A DNA stretch of 64,000 nt from Chrysomallon squamiferum (GCA_012295275.1 CM022672.1:31744001-31808000), one strand, 5' to 3'; counted from the stretch's first letter, positions 39,017 through 57,092 are shown. The notes: generated from the letters alone by a model not told the origin. A program made the numbers and translations.

Positions 39017-40104
39017 ACTAAATTTAGAAGTAGACAAGTTTGTTAAGCTGATAATTCCAAATTTTATAGTTCTATGAGAGCTATATATTGATTCTGCTAT
39101 TTCTGTATGATTGATAGATTAGTTAATGACTTTACAATGAGCAAATCGTCGAGCACACATTCATTCATTCATACATACATACATAGATATATACCTAAAT
39201 ATACTCACACGCAGACATACTCATACATACGAGGGATTAGAGCATGTATTTATATTTATATATGCACTTAAGACCTTCTGGCTCTAACTAACTTCTGACG
39301 ACACATACAGAAATGGAATATTCAACTTGCCAGTCCCATGTTTCCAGGAAAACACAGATGCACACAGAAATAACGAAAGTCAAAATACGGCGTGCTTTGT
39401 GGGAAGCGGTGATTACCTCAGTTACTGGGCAGACTTTTCAAGGTTGTCTTCATGGCCGGACGGTGACGTTGTCAGCGGTATCTGACGGGGTTTGTGAGGT
39501 CGTGATTGGACTTTGTCTTCCTGTGGTAGCGCCGTACTGTTATCAAAAGTCTAATGAAACGTACATAAAAAATACTCAATCCTAAATTAACACACACAGA
39601 GAGACAGATACACAGACAACAACACATACAATTGCGAGGCTACATTTAAAAGTAGATTCGTGAGCTCTGATTATCCAGATCTCCACCTTCCATCTGAGTT
39701 TGTTATTATTTTTTTTTCCTAAACTAACCTTTCATAAGTATGAAGTACAAGAGCAATATAACATATCGGTGTATATAATATACACTTTATTTTGTTTCAA
39801 CAGTTTACTAAGATAGATCATGATCATACAGTGTAATTCCTATTAGTAAATAAATAATAATCATAATCATAAAAACAACAACAACAACAACAACAACAAC
39901 AATAATAATAAAAATAATAACAAAACTCCTGTTATTTAATGATCACCACTCACAGTAAATGTCGAGTAACAAACACTTCGTGTTTCACAGTCTTCATTTA
40001 GAAGACAACAAAAGTGTTTACTGATACAGAGGGAGATAATTCCTATACCACTTGCATAGAGAGAAAAGTTTGAGTTATTTCCCTTTAGCGTTTCGAATTT
40101 ATTC

Positions 40105-41128
40105 TTAATTAATTGTATATTTTGAATAAAACCTTTTGATACAACATCGATTAATTATTTTAAAAACCCAACATATTCGTACTTTGGAGTTTCAAATCAA
40201 ACATGGATATCAACCTTTTCTAATAAACAGGAATCGTTTTTATATATAAATTACTAAACGCTTAAAACGTGACACAGGATATAGACAAGGGGATCTGTTA
40301 TTTCACTGCGTTTTCATTTTGTGTGTTGAGAGTCTTGGAATCTTGGTAAGAAATAAGTAAATATATATATACGGGATTGAGATAAACGGCAATGAATTCA
40401 AAATTTCACAGTTCGCCGACGACACAACATTGCTATTAGGCTGGTCTGATAAAACTCTGTGAGCATCTGTGGAAACAAAATATTTGATCGATGTATCTGA
40501 TCTTAAAGTTAATGCGTATCAAACAAATATAATAAACTTAGGGAAAGACCAAATTAATCACAAAAAAAATCTGATCAAAACAAAAATTAAAATGGACTAC
40601 AGAATTCACAATACTTGGGGTACGGTTTTCCACGGATCTGTATCAAATACAAGAATTAAACTTTAATGCAAAGTCGAATGAGGTTAAAAGGCTGCTTGAA
40701 CAATGGTCAAAATGTTCCTAGTCTCCTCTAAGAAAAATTACCGCAGTCAAACGTTTAGTTTTATCGAAAATTGTTTCTTTTTTTCTTCAAAGTCAAATCT
40801 AACAATCTGTTTCTTTAAAATATTGGAAGCTTATTTCTTTCAGTTTACTACGTCAATAGATATAATATAATGTTCACATTAAAACTGATGATAAATCAGT
40901 TTATTATAAGACAGTGGCAACATTTTTTTTTTTTTTTTTTTTTTTTGCTAACGACAACTGGATTTCATGCATTCCATTTTGTACAAAAGAAAATATAACT
41001 TAAGACCACAATTTTATATTTATAGTGTATTGATGCTAGCTATTAAAAGAAAAGAAATTAACATAAATTTGAAATAGAGTTCTGTGACAAATAGTGGGAA
41101 GCTAGCTAAAAACACCGAGCTTAGATTT
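40105..41128 (+). mobile_element. Second copy of the decayed L1/Tx1 ORF2 fragment
   Basis: RQGD, KISQFADDTTLL, LKVN and LLEQWSK motifs. Shares disabling mutations with the 29740 copy and has an extra internal deletion. Confidence 0.88.
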
Positions 41129-41192
41129 TCTATTTACGAGTTTGTTTGTTGGTTGTCTTTGTCGTTTTCACTGAAATCATTTTTCTTCTGAC

Positions 41193-41335
<143 letters not shown>

Positions 41336-42386
41336 TCTCATTTTATGATACTTTATTTATTTATTTATTCGTTTAGTCATTGATTTATTTCTATTGTATC
41401 CTTTCGTTCTCACATTCAGTCCGTATTTTCAAAAGTCGGGTACACTGTGGTAAAACAGTTTACTTGTTACATATTGACAGATGAGTGACTGAATCTTGTC
41501 GGCGTCTTCAGAGTCACTATGCAAGGGTGGTGTGTGAAGGTCGTGGTATGTACTGCGCTGTATGTAACATGAGAAGTGAAAACACTATTTACATGATAAA
41601 AAATAATGTAACAAAGTTTAATTTTATCTTATTATGAGTAATATTTTTCACATAACAGTCATTACAATGGCAGATAAAAGTAATAGGAAAGAGATTTTGT
41701 TTATTTTTGTTTTCAACCATTTCATTTCTCTTTATATGATTCAGTCATCCTTTATCCATCTAATATAATTACAAGTGGGGTTAGAGTTAAGAAATTAATT
41801 ATTTAATTTTAGGATTATAGTAGGGTTGAATCAGGCTAAGAGCTGTCGAAAGATGCATTATGGTTAGGGTAACAGTCACGTAGTTTTGATAAATGCTGAG
41901 AAAGTTATTTGATATAGTCAGCGTTTGGTTTCATTTAGGATTAGTGAAAATATTAAGACCAGAGTAATGAATAATTCAGTGTCAGTTAAATTAGAGTTAG
42001 GTTTACAATATGCTATGACTTGGGATTAGTCTTTTGAAGGGTTAGCATTTAGGTAATGATTTAATATTGGATAACATCGTTTTAGTTAGGATACGGTTGT
42101 GTTTTACACTGGTAATATTAAGTATTATAACTGAAGCTAAGAATATTGTGTTATTCACGTTACATTTAGTTTTTAAATTACAGTTATGATTAGATTTCAT
42201 TAAAATTTTTCTTTGTGTTTAAAAACATTTAGTTTTAATAGTGGGAGCCTCACAGACTGATACTTGGTGAGTAACACAGTATGTACCATGATACACAGGA
42301 TACATTTGTAATGTTGTTTTACAAGATCACCTGTCAGTCCATGGACTCTTTGCCTTTTGGAACACCCGTAACTGACTAAACTGTAC

Positions 42387-42600
42387 CATATTTGTATCCG
42401 CCCTGTAGTACCCTATTTGTCTATATTATCACACCTCTTTCTATCCTTCCATATTTGTGTCCACCCTATTCTACACTTTTTGTACCCACCCTGTGTTACC
42501 TCATTTATTTCCGCCCTATCATACCCTCTTTATGTCCATTTACTACTACCCTTTGTGCCCACCCTATTTTATATATATTTTTGTGTCCGCTCTGTCCTAC
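42387..42600. repeat. Degenerate ~25-bp tandem repeat
   Basis: ccatatttgtgtccaccctattcta-like units; they account for the overlapping Pro/Leu/Tyr ORFs. Confidence 0.75.
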
Positions 42601-42833
42601 ACTAAACCGCTTATCAATATCTTGAATGAATGTTTTGTCGAACCAGACTATCTGAACATCATGCATAAAACCTCCTACAGGCCAGTATGAATAATACAAG
42701 TTATCGCTTCGCTGGTTTTTATAATCTTTCAGATCACTCGTTCCTATAGTGGTATTTTTAAAGTCAAACCATTTGCCAATGTTCTTGTTTCAAATATCGA
42801 ATAGTTTTAATAATAATAATAATAAATAAAAAA

Positions 42834-42920
<87 letters not shown>

Positions 42921-43429
42921 AATAATAAGTTTGGAGAGGATATTTAATCTCATTTTATCTGACCTATCCACTCTGGCGTGCACAAGTCTGGTGATGGCCA
43001 GGTCCAACTCCTTGATTGTACGCCCCAAAGACTCAAGTATAAGTCCGAGTACTGAGAAATATTATGAGAAAGGAAGATATTTTTGATATGTAAACACAGA
43101 TGAAACCTAAAATAAACACTTTATTCGATTTAAATATAAATCAAACAAATGTATTTCTCTGATTTGGTGCCACCGCCCCTTCGCCCCCCTTTGCACACCA
43201 CTGCCTATCCATTAACAACACCTTCTACTCCACAAAACTGTAAATATAATTGCTGAATTTTTATCTTCTTATTTAACCTGAGTGCAATCCGTTCCAATCT
43301 GTTAGCTACAATCTAATCATTACAGAATTTTTTTGTCTCGTATAAAGCAAAACAAGTGGTGTTAGTCAGTCATTCATTATTCATAATTATTTTCTAAAGA
43401 GCAAAGACAGGACCTTAGTTGATGCAGAA

Positions 43430-45671
<2,242 letters not shown>

Positions 45672-46654
45672 ATTATAATGTTATAGATGTACAAAGGTGA
45701 CATTAAAACAGTATCTAAAAATAGCTACCAGTGCAGTATGGGTTAAGGTACAGCTTTTCATGACTTTAATCGTTTCTTTCTTTATTTTAAATAGAATGAA
45801 ATAAAGCTACTTAACAGAGAAAAGAAATATATATTATTGTTATATTACTATTATGTATATGTTTGACTAAAATCATACATTCACCTTGTATCCTGTTTTT
45901 CATTCGTATAGATTATTTATATATCTTACGAAAAGATCTGATACCGCCAGTTCACTATTCAAGTTTAAACAAGATATATTTTTGGATGGTAAAAGCATTA
46001 TCTTTCTTTGTCCTACAAACCATTTGCTACGTCTATTATTACTGTATGTGTGATAAATTGTAATCAGCATTTTACAAGTTGATCAAGTGCACAAACTATG
46101 CTGAGGTAGTTGTTACTTTTACTCCTGTTTACTCTATCACAAGAAGTTACAATTTCACAATTATGTTTTTTTCTCAGAAGACAGAAGAGTATAGAAAATT
46201 TCAAAGCTACCACCCCTTCTTTGTCAGAATTGAAATCTTCCCCTCACTGAGTGTCGTCTGTCATAACCGACTTCCCCGCACTCACAACTGTGATATCAGA
46301 CTGACACTGCAGACTAAGAGACGAGCATTTTTCTGCGAATGTTAAATTTTTCATTTCTTTAAAAAAGGTAAGAAAAATTTATATTATTATTCTTATAATT
46401 ATTATTTTTGTTGTTGTTGTTGTTGTAAGATATTTCAAAATAAATCAGGTTATATACTTAATAACATTTCTGTTCATAATTTGTTTGTGTTATACTCATT
46501 GGTTAGGGTGTAGGTTGTGGCTAAGTGGTCAGAGGAAAGTAGTGTCTGGCAATTAGAGCGCTTACTTCAAATCAGTAGTCTAGGTGTGAGAGAGGGACTC
46601 AGGGTGTGCAGTGTAAATTTGGAGTAAACACGGTATAATGCTTCAAAAGCTATC

Positions 46655-47195
<541 letters not shown>

Positions 47196-47202
47196 ACAGT
47201 AC

Positions 47203-47349
47203 ATGAAACTGGTTGTTATTGACGCTCTGCTCACTGTTGATGAAACTTGATGTTAATGACGCTTTGCTCACTGTAGATGAAACTTGCTGTTTATCACGCT
47301 CTGTTCACTTTAGTTGAAACTTGCTGTTAATCATGCCCCGCTCACTTTA
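47203..47349. repeat. Tandem repeat, 4 x ~37 bp
   Basis: atgaaacttgctgttaatgacgctctgctcactgt-like units. Confidence 0.85.
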
Positions 47350-47799
47350 AATGAAATATAACTCCAAAATAAATATATAAATAAAGAAACAATATAACCA
47401 CAACAATAAGTGTTAGTATTTGAACAAGCTATTGTTTTTATAACATAATAAAGGTGATATTTGTCACACCTGCGTTTAGATCGCTCTGACTCATAATGCA
47501 TAAAAATAAATGGGTGTCCCATGTATTCTGATTCACCATTACATTGCATTTTTCACGATCCTACGTTTCTTGTCGCCATCACAATTGACACGCTATTTCA
47601 ATCTGACCTACATAACAGACACTTGTCAACGATAACTTTTTCATCAATATACTGAGTGAGAAATAAATATAAATATCTTACAAACAAAATAAGTAATGAC
47701 AAATTATATATCTGTTTTCTGTTTCTTTTTCTTTCTTTTTTTTAAATTTATTTAACAGGTTTACACATATTGTATACAATAAAACATTTGTATGTATCT

Positions 47800-48173
47800 A
47801 CCGCCATACGTGGCGTGAATTGTACAATATCTAATTTCGGTCACGTGATTAGCAACAGGCGACTTTGTAAAGAGCAAAACAAAAAAAGTTTTCAGTGATC
47901 TTGTCAAACAGAAAGGCGTCAGTTCTAGGAAAACCACTCACAAACAAGAAGTATTATACAGAAGTAGTCGGCCATTTTGAAATTTGAAGGTATTTTATAT
48001 TTTATTGTCATTTTGATATATGCTGTACTATTGCTTTGCTTAAAACAAATCAGACATATTGAAATTGTTATCTATTTGGTGAGGGCTATAACTTTTGGTG
48101 TGAATTTTGTTAAAGGCTTTGTTTTTCGTACCTAGCATACAGATTTATAAGAAATATCGATAAAATATTCAAT

Positions 48174-48240
<67 letters not shown>

Positions 48241-48586
48241 CTATCGTCAGTATAATAATCATTGTTATTCCATTCATTAATAATAACAGCAATAGTAATA
48301 GTAGTAATAATAGTATCACCTAAATATAATTCAGTGATTCATTTATTACTTATGCTATATTTTTATCGATCTGATTACTTTATATTACTTTATTTCATTT
48401 CATTTATTTATAGATTTATCTATAGATCCGTGATATCAGTGATCAATAGCAGAGTTCTTAAACGGAAATTATTCGTTTCTAAGAAATTATCGATCAGGAA
48501 GATTTTCAGGTAAGGTATCTATTTTGAAACTACAAAGTATTTTATATTGTTCTTATTTTATTTATTTTTATTTAATTTTACCATTC

Positions 48587-48645
<59 letters not shown>

Positions 48646-50505
48646 TTCTTATTTATTTCTTTGCATTTGTGTCGTTCAGTCTTTCTTTCTTCCTTTCTTC
48701 ATTCGTTCCTTCCTTTGTTGTCTAACATTCGTTTTGGTCTATCACCCATTCTAACCAGTATATAAAATGTTATTGCATTTGTTTTCATCTACAATGGAAA
48801 ATCCCCCCCAAAAAAAAAAAAAAAAAAAAAAAAAAAATAAAAGAAAGAATAAACATTATTGCTGCTATGGATATACATAAAACAAAGAGCGTTATACCGT
48901 GAGGCTTTTTAAACATGAAAAAAATATGTGCTAGACCCGACTATAAAATATTTCATACCATCTGGTGTATGGAAGTAGAAGATGTGATAATATTATCTCA
49001 TATAATTTTTTTTTTTCTATTTACGAGTTTGTTGGTCTTTATTGAAATTATGTATCTTCTCACAATGCTGACAAATGTAAATAATTTCATATTTTCGCGG
49101 TTTGTTTCTACACTTATCGACAGATAGTGTATTAACAATGAATTTGTCAGATCGCTGTAAATAACACCCGAGTATACCTTTGTGTTCTCATGTAGCAGTG
49201 ACACGCTACTTTTATATGACCTACATAACAAGAAAACAGTCAGTGTTAGATTATATTCACATACTGGTCATGCAAGTTTCGTCAGAGAAATAAAACATGT
49301 ACATATTTCTTATTATTGTTGCTGTTGATGTTGTTGCTGCTGCTGCTATTGTTATTGTTGTTGTTATTGTTATTGTTATTATTATTATTATTAATTACCT
49401 TTATAACTGACGTATAAACAATGCAGTCTAGTAGTACTTAATCTACTGAATTAGAATTAAAGTTATCTGTTGTAAAGATGAATGAAAGATGAGTATACAA
49501 ACAATTTGTTTATTTTAATCTGAGACTGAAACCTAACAAAGTGACACTTTGTGACGTATAAGATATTTGACGTCAGTCGCGTGTTTATCAGTGGAGGGTT
49601 TGATAACTAAAAGTTTACAAAGCAGAAGTGAAACTAGTCAGCCATATTGAAAGTGTATGATATTTTATATTTTATTATGTTTGAACGATTCCGGTGTTCT
49701 TAATTTATTACTAAATATATCAGACTTAGTTCTTTAACAAATAGATTATTTAAGTGTGAGTTTTCTTTAAACTTAAATGAAAGATTACGTATAACATGAC
49801 TTTACTAAAATCTTTAGTATGATATTACTACTACTACTTCTACTACTGTTGCCCTTATTATTATTATTATTATTATTTGTATTGACGTCTTTTGCTATAT
49901 ATTTTATTTTATTTTGTTTTATTTACGTCATTTATTCTTAGATCGGTTATATCTGTGATCTACAGTTGAGTTGATAGAGAGAAAATAGTCGCTTATAAGA
50001 AATTGTCGATCAGGAAGTTGAAATTAAAGGTATTTTGTATTGTTTTCTATTTAAAAAAAACATCACATCTTGTTCCTTTATTTTTCTTATTATTCTCTTT
50101 TCTTATATAGTGTTTCTTCTTAGATTTGTTATTGATGGCTAATTATGTTGTTTTTTCGAGAAGTAAAATGGTGTATAAATCATTATATGTACATTGCGAT
50201 TTGAAAATCTTTTGTGCCGTAGTGAAATATTCCTTACCTGACTGTGACAAGACATGTCTGTATATAATAATAATAATTATAATAACAATTATTGCTGTTG
50301 TCGTCATCATCATAATCACTAATGTAAGCATAGTGTACTTCTTTCTATCTTTTATCGATTCGGTATATATTTATCTGATTTTTTTTCTTTCTTTCTTTCA
50401 TTATTTTTTATTTATTTGTTTATTTTTAGATCTCTGATCGCAGTATTGAACAGTACAGGCGCTAAACAGAAAGTAGTCGCTTGTTAGAAATTATCTTAGG
50501 TTAAT
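47800..50505 (+). promoter_or_regulatory. Serial promoter/5'-UTR exon cassettes upstream of the BTB gene (copies B, C and partial D)
   Basis: Donors at 47990, 48510, 50030 and 50500; acceptors at 48413/48425, 49941 and 50429; shared core aa(t)agtcgctt.taagaaatt.tcgatcaggaag. Confidence 0.5.
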
Positions 50506-50657
50506 TATTTCTTTACATAAAACTGTTTCTTTGAAAGATTTCCGTGTACAGGTCATAGCTAGATATAAATATAGAAACCTGGTCACTGCAGTGCGAGGCG
50601 CTGCAACAGAACTCTGACCTGTACACAGAAACATGTTAAAATTATATTTAGTATGAG

Positions 50658-50659
<2 letters not shown>

Positions 50660-50690
<31 letters not shown>

Positions 50691-51012
50691 GTTATTATTA
50701 ATTAAATTGTTTCATTGTTGTCAGCCGTAAGAATTGTTACAGTTCTGTGTCCGAACAATTTCTTTTTCTCTTTCTCCATTCCATTTTATTATTATTTTTA
50801 TTATTATTATTGTTATTGTTATGATTATGATTATTATTATGATAATTATTATTACTATTATTATTATTATCATCATCATCATCATCATCAACATCATCAT
50901 CATCATTATTATTATTAATATTATTAATTAAATGTTTTTATTATTGTTATTAGCCCTAAGAATTGTTACACTTCTGTGTCCGAACAATTTCTTTTTCTTT
51001 CTCTCCATTCCA

Positions 51013-51076
<64 letters not shown>

Positions 51077-51148
51077 TAAATTATTATTATTTACAGTTTG
51101 TGTCCTAACAATTTCAGTTTTTCAATTTCTTTTCTCCATTCCATTTTA

Positions 51149-51179
<31 letters not shown>

Positions 51180-51421
51180 GTTGTTATTGTTATGATTATG
51201 ATTATTATTATTATAATTATTATTACTATTATTATTATTATTATCATCATCATCATCAACATCATCATCATCATTATTATTATTAATATTATTTATTAAA
51301 TGTTTTTATTATTATTATTAGCCCTAAGAATTGTTACACTTCTGTGTCCGAACAATTTCTTTTTCTTTCTCTCCATTCCATATTATTATTATTATTATTA
51401 TTGTTATCATCATCATCATCA

Positions 51422-51492
<71 letters not shown>

Positions 51493-51500
51493 ATTATTAT
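50660..51500. repeat. Four-unit composite tandem repeat (unique ~60-bp core plus (TTA)n/(CAT)n)
   Basis: ttaca(g/c)ttctgtgtcc(g/t)aacaatttc...tctccattccat at ~50725, 50954, 51090 and 51321. Confidence 0.88.
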
Positions 51501-51520
51501 TATTTGTTTATAGTGAAAAT

Positions 51521-51777
51521 ATGGCCACCTCAGCAGAAGTTTCAAGTTGGCAGACAGGGAAAAAACTGATGGAATGTGTTGAACACGTTTTTCGTACGAG
51601 AACAGACAGCGACGTCAGATTTGTTGTTGGGGAAGAAAAAAAACCTGTGGATGCACATCGCTTCATCCTTATGATACGAAGTACAGTCTTCCACAGGATG
51701 CTGATGGGAGAACTTCGCGAACAAAACAGCATCCTTCTGCCTGATGTGCAGGCAGATATTTTTACAGAGTTTTTAAA
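51521..51777 (+). CDS. BTB gene coding exon 1
   Basis: ATGG start, AA|gtatgt donor. The HTHT tail in the ORF track is intronic (CA)n. Confidence 0.92.
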
Positions 51778-51782
51778 GTATG

Positions 51783-51857
<75 letters not shown>

Positions 51858-53083
51858 CACAGATACACATACAGCGACACAGGTACGAACATAGTGATTA
51901 ACGAAACATACATACCGACACGAACGTTGATAACAATACAGTTTTTGTTAGTAATCTAATTATTTTCTAATTAATTCATCTCCCATAATTATCTCTCGTT
52001 TTGAAGTCTTACTCTACTTCTTTTACACAGATATCTTTATACGGATGACGTCGTCCTAACAGGCCACAACGTCACCGGTCTGCTGTATCTATCGAGGAAG
52101 TACATCGTCACGACACTGGAAGATCAGTGCGTGCGCTACTTGGAGTCGTCGTTGTCGTCACGGGATGCGTGCGTCGTGCTGGAACAAGCTCACCTGTTTG
52201 ATGAACACGATCTAAGAAAAAAAACTCTGGACTTCATTTGGGAACATGGCGACGAAGTTCTGAAGTCGGATGAAGTCACCGATCTTTGTCACGAATGTCT
52301 GGTTGAGATCGTACGATCAGACGAACTGACAGCAGACGAGAAAAATGTTTTTGAAGCCGCTGTGAAGTGGGCTGACAGCGCGTGTAAGAAGCAAGGAAGA
52401 CAGACGAATGGACAGAACATGCTCGAAGCACTGGGAGAGGCCGTGAAGCACGTGCGTTATCCATTACTCGATCAGACGTATTTTGTAGAACACGTGACAC
52501 CCACTAACATACTCAGTGACACAGAAGAAAACAAGATTTTGAGACACTGGGTGAAGAGTGATGAAGATGTGTCACCTTTTAACTCAAATAAGAGAACTGC
52601 AATGATGAAAACACAGATTACAATAAACAGGTTTGGTAGAACATTGCGTTTTTCTTGCCACATTCTGGTGAAGTACATGATGACGCCATTACTTTCTCTG
52701 TCAACAAAAACGCTTTACTTCGCGGATTTCAGTTGTACGGTCAGATTCAAACACGAACCCTCGACGTCAGCGCCTTCATCACTGACACAAGAACAGACGA
52801 GATACTGGACGGGTCTACGCTGATACAGATATATGAACACTTGCCTCCTGTGTATGTCGTCGTGTTCAGACGTCCAGTGAAGATTACTAAAGACACTGAA
52901 TACAGCTTGTTTGTTACTGTTAAGGGAGAAGTCACATGGTTTGGACTTGAAGGTGAATCAGAAATTGTTGTAGACTCTTTTGTTTGTAGATTTTCTGAGT
53001 CACACGAAACTAAACACAGTGACAGAAAACTTTGTACATTTGTGATAGGAGGACAAATACCTGCTTTGTTATTTTTAGTGTAA
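51521..53083 (+). CDS. BTB/POZ-BACK-PHR domain protein (BTBD1/2/3/6 family); join(51521-51777,52031-53083) with a frameshift near 52650
   Basis: BTB: WQTGK..., SDVRFVVG, AHRFIL..RSTVF..M, LPDV..DIF..FLKYLYTD. BACK: DELTADEKNVFEAAVKWA, VRYPLL. PHR: DAITFSVNKNALLRGFQLYG...GGQIPALLF. Phase-2 GT-AG intron 51778-52030. Acceptor at 51513 just before the ATG. Confidence 0.93.
52031..53083 (+). CDS. BTB gene coding exon 2 (end of BTB, BACK, PHR)
   Basis: ttttacacag acceptor. ORFs 52131-52823 and 52655-53083 are joined by restoring one base near the T5 run at 52649-52653. Confidence 0.9.
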
Positions 53084-53808
53084 AAACAACATCGTTAAAA
53101 CACTGTCACTTTTAGTCATCACTGGCCTAATATTTTTATTTTTATTTATTTGTTCATTTATTGATTTATTGATTTGTTTACGTTTTTCTGATGACGTCAG
53201 ACAGCAGTGATGACGTCATAGACACTTCATTTGATTTGAATTTTTTGTGTGTCAAACAGATACTTGAAAAATGTATATTAACATCTCATTGCTTTATCAT
53301 TTATTTATTTATTTATTTAAGTATATCTAATGTTTTTAGTTTGTATATAAAACTTAGTATTATTAACTATTTCTTGTTTCATTTGTACTTTTTTATTTCG
53401 GTTTAAAATGTGTATAAAGTAAAATGTAGATAAATTATATATGTACTTACTGACTGTTGGACATGAAATACAAGTATTGTTATTTGATTTATTTATTTTG
53501 TTTTATTCAGATTTATATTAAATATGTAAGTAAATTAGATTATGTTTCAAATTTACTTTCTGTTTGTTTATGTATAAGATGTATATAAACAAAATGCAAA
53601 TAAATTTGTTTTTGTATCATGAATTCTTACATTGTTTATTTTCGGATTTAATTTGTGTTTAGAATATAAACAGAAAAATGATATAGACATAAAAATAAAG
53701 TTTTATTATTTAGTTTCTGTAATACTTTTCTGCATACAGCGTGTAATACATAAAGATGTTGTGAGACAGGATTCCAGAGCAGATCCTCTATCTGTACTTG
53801 ATGTGTGT

Positions 53809-53996
<188 letters not shown>

Positions 53997-54490
53997 ACTG
54001 TAAAATAAAGAACAAATATACTTTATAACAGAGTTATTCCCAGGCTAACTTTAATATATTATGAACGAAACTTTGAAAAATGCGGAGCTCTCTACTTCGG
54101 ATATCTGGTGTAAATTCCAGAATAAAGTTCATTTCATAAAGGTCATTTCATAAACAGTGACAACAATTAGCACGTAATTAGACTACCGCGTTGACAAAAT
54201 GAAATGATCGCACTTTGTGAAATCTTTATAAACAATGATGCCAAGCTTCTTGTATCCTCCCAACAGTCATATAGTCAGAAAAGTCATACAGTTTGGAAAG
54301 CAGTGAAGCAGTAAGTAAGCTGGGCACCCCCGTGTGGAGAATGATCAAGTAGTCTTGACTGTGTCTCACTGCTAACTGTTGTAATCACAACTCCGGTGGG
54401 AAGCTGATTAAGTGTGCATTAAACCTTGACCTGTGTTGTTATGAGCTGTATGACAAATAAGCCTATGACTAATGGGAGATAACCCTATAC

Positions 54491-54782
54491 CACTGGTTTT
54501 CAACCTTTTTCATACCGCGACGACTTATGAGCAACTCAATATAAACGAAAATCACTTTTAAAATTTTTGATCCAATATTATGTAGGGTTACCATATTATC
54601 ATCAAGCAAAGACAGTACAAAAGGAATCTATATTCACTATGACGGGTCCCAAACCTATCTACACGTTTTTGTTTATTTCTCCTTCCAAGTCAAGTTGTAC
54701 AAAACTAACACATACCCTACCTGAAGAACGATCTCACAATCCCCAGAATAAAAGTCTGGCGACCCCAGTTTGAAAACCTATG
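54491..54782. mobile_element. Non-autonomous hAT MITE, copy 2
   Basis: TIRs cactggttttcaa / ttgaaaacctatg, degenerate 8-bp TSD ccctatac / cccttcac; aligns end to end with 25239-25523. Confidence 0.88.
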
Positions 54783-55572
54783 CCCTTCACGCAGCTAAAT
54801 GAACAAGATCATTATTAGTGTGATACCTAAGTGAATTCACTCATTTAAATTAAGAGTCAACAGCAGATGTCTAAATAAATACTATGACGCATATTTTGCT
54901 TTGTTTTATTGAATTCATCGGAAAGCGATCTAAAAAACTGAAGTCCGCTGACTGATCGCACAATGTGTTCAGGAGACCGTTGGACAAAATGGAGGCAAGA
55001 TGTATCGATATTCAACTTTCAAGTGATCTGTTTCAAATAATAAAACACTTTGCCGCGGGTTTGTACTAAGACCCTGGCAATGCAATCTGAAATATGAAGA
55101 CAGGAAATATTTGACATTATAAAACTTAGTGACCATTACAAACAGTTGTACGAAACTAACACTTCGTCAAAGAGTAACGACCGACAAATTCAAAAATATG
55201 AATAAATTGATGATACACACAGTGATCCAGTGACCGAACTATCGTACACTGATGTTCTTAAAATGATAAAACAAATTAAATATTTCGTTGCTGCAACCGA
55301 CAGCAGATTTAGCAATCGATGTTAAACATGGAGGCGATGACACAGAAGTTTGTTTTGGAGAGAAACCAGAAAAAATAAACAAATAAATAAATAAATAAAG
55401 TAGAAGTGAAAAAAGCAGTTGTCGATGACAGACTGTTTCTCAGATGACATATGATAGATGCTTAACAATAACATTAGAAATAAAATACATTTCGTGTCAT
55501 TTTAATTTGTACAATCCGGCACTGTGTCTAAAACGGCACCTATGATTGGTCCCAAATGAATCAGGGTCCACT

Positions 55573-55638
<66 letters not shown>

Positions 55639-55773
55639 CCACACAGACACTCACACATATCAATACGCATTGTCTGTCTAGCACATAAATACATGTATTT
55701 ATACTTTCTTAAACATATATATACGATCACACACATATCTAAATGTCTTTCATAAACACCCACACTCATACAT

Positions 55774-55806
<33 letters not shown>

Positions 55807-55896
55807 TACACACATATATATCAATATCTGTCTACCTATCTCTGTATCTATGTATGTATGTTTGTATGTGATCTAGTATGTATATATATGTGTGTA

Positions 55897-55932
<36 letters not shown>

Positions 55933-56280
55933 GATGTGTGTGTCTGCGTGTGTGTGTGTACGGAGAGAGAGAGAAGAGAGATATAGATACACACTCATCT
56001 AATCACTCATAAATCTTTCTAAAGCATACATACATACGTAGTTCATACGTACATACATAAAAGCATACATACAAACACACCCACAAGTAAGTTGATACAC
56101 TTGTAGTTGTCAATGTTTCTAGTAGTTCAAACTAAGTATGTTGATAAACTTGTAGTGAGAGTGTTTCTAGTAGTAGCACATTAAGTATTTTGATAAACTG
56201 ATAGTTACATACATGTTGGTGAACCTTAAGATCATAATGTTATTGAATTAATAGTATTTTGAAAAGTATTATTTTTATAA

Positions 56281-56394
<114 letters not shown>

Positions 56395-56965
56395 ATTGCT
56401 GTCCTTTTTATTAAAATGAATTTACTTTTAATCTAGTTTACACTTTACAGAATTATAATGCAGTGACTGAGGGTAATGTGTAAGTAAACCTATCACTTTT
56501 GTTAATATATTATCAGATTTAACATTAAAATAACCTTCTTGGACAAGCATGTTTTTTTACAGAAACGCTTCTGATCAAGAACTAAATTATAAGAAGAGGA
56601 AAGGCGCACGCATTTGCGTAGGTCACTGTGTACTTGTGTGTGTTGTTGTGTGTATTTGTATGTATCAGTTTGTGTTTTGTGTGTCGGTGTGTGTTTTTGT
56701 GTGTCGGTGTTCATTGTGTGCGAGCGTGTTACTGTTAAAACAAAACAAAATCGTTGCAAAATATAATTACTCGTATTTTGTTTCTTAATTGGTTCCTTAC
56801 TTATCTCCCTTTCTTAAAGTTACACAGTGTATATGCTATTCACCTTTATTTGAAATGTATGCGAACGTTAAAGCATGAGTGAGTGTGTAACTGAGCAAGT
56901 GTGTAACACACATCTGTTTGTATGTGTGTTTACAGGTCTATGCTTATAGGTGTATGTATGTATGT

Positions 56966-57092
56966 ATCCTCCGAAGGCGGAGGATTTTACCGTTTGGTCA
57001 CCGGGACATGTTTGATGTGTGCATGTGAGAGATTATGGGTGTGCGTTCAATGGTGAAACAGGAGACGTATTTGTATGTGAAAGAAAGTGTAG

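Noticed and set aside
50715-51569. Poly-Tyr/His/Ile/Leu ORFs
   Set aside because: Translations of (TTA)n/(CAT)n in the intron before the BTB start.
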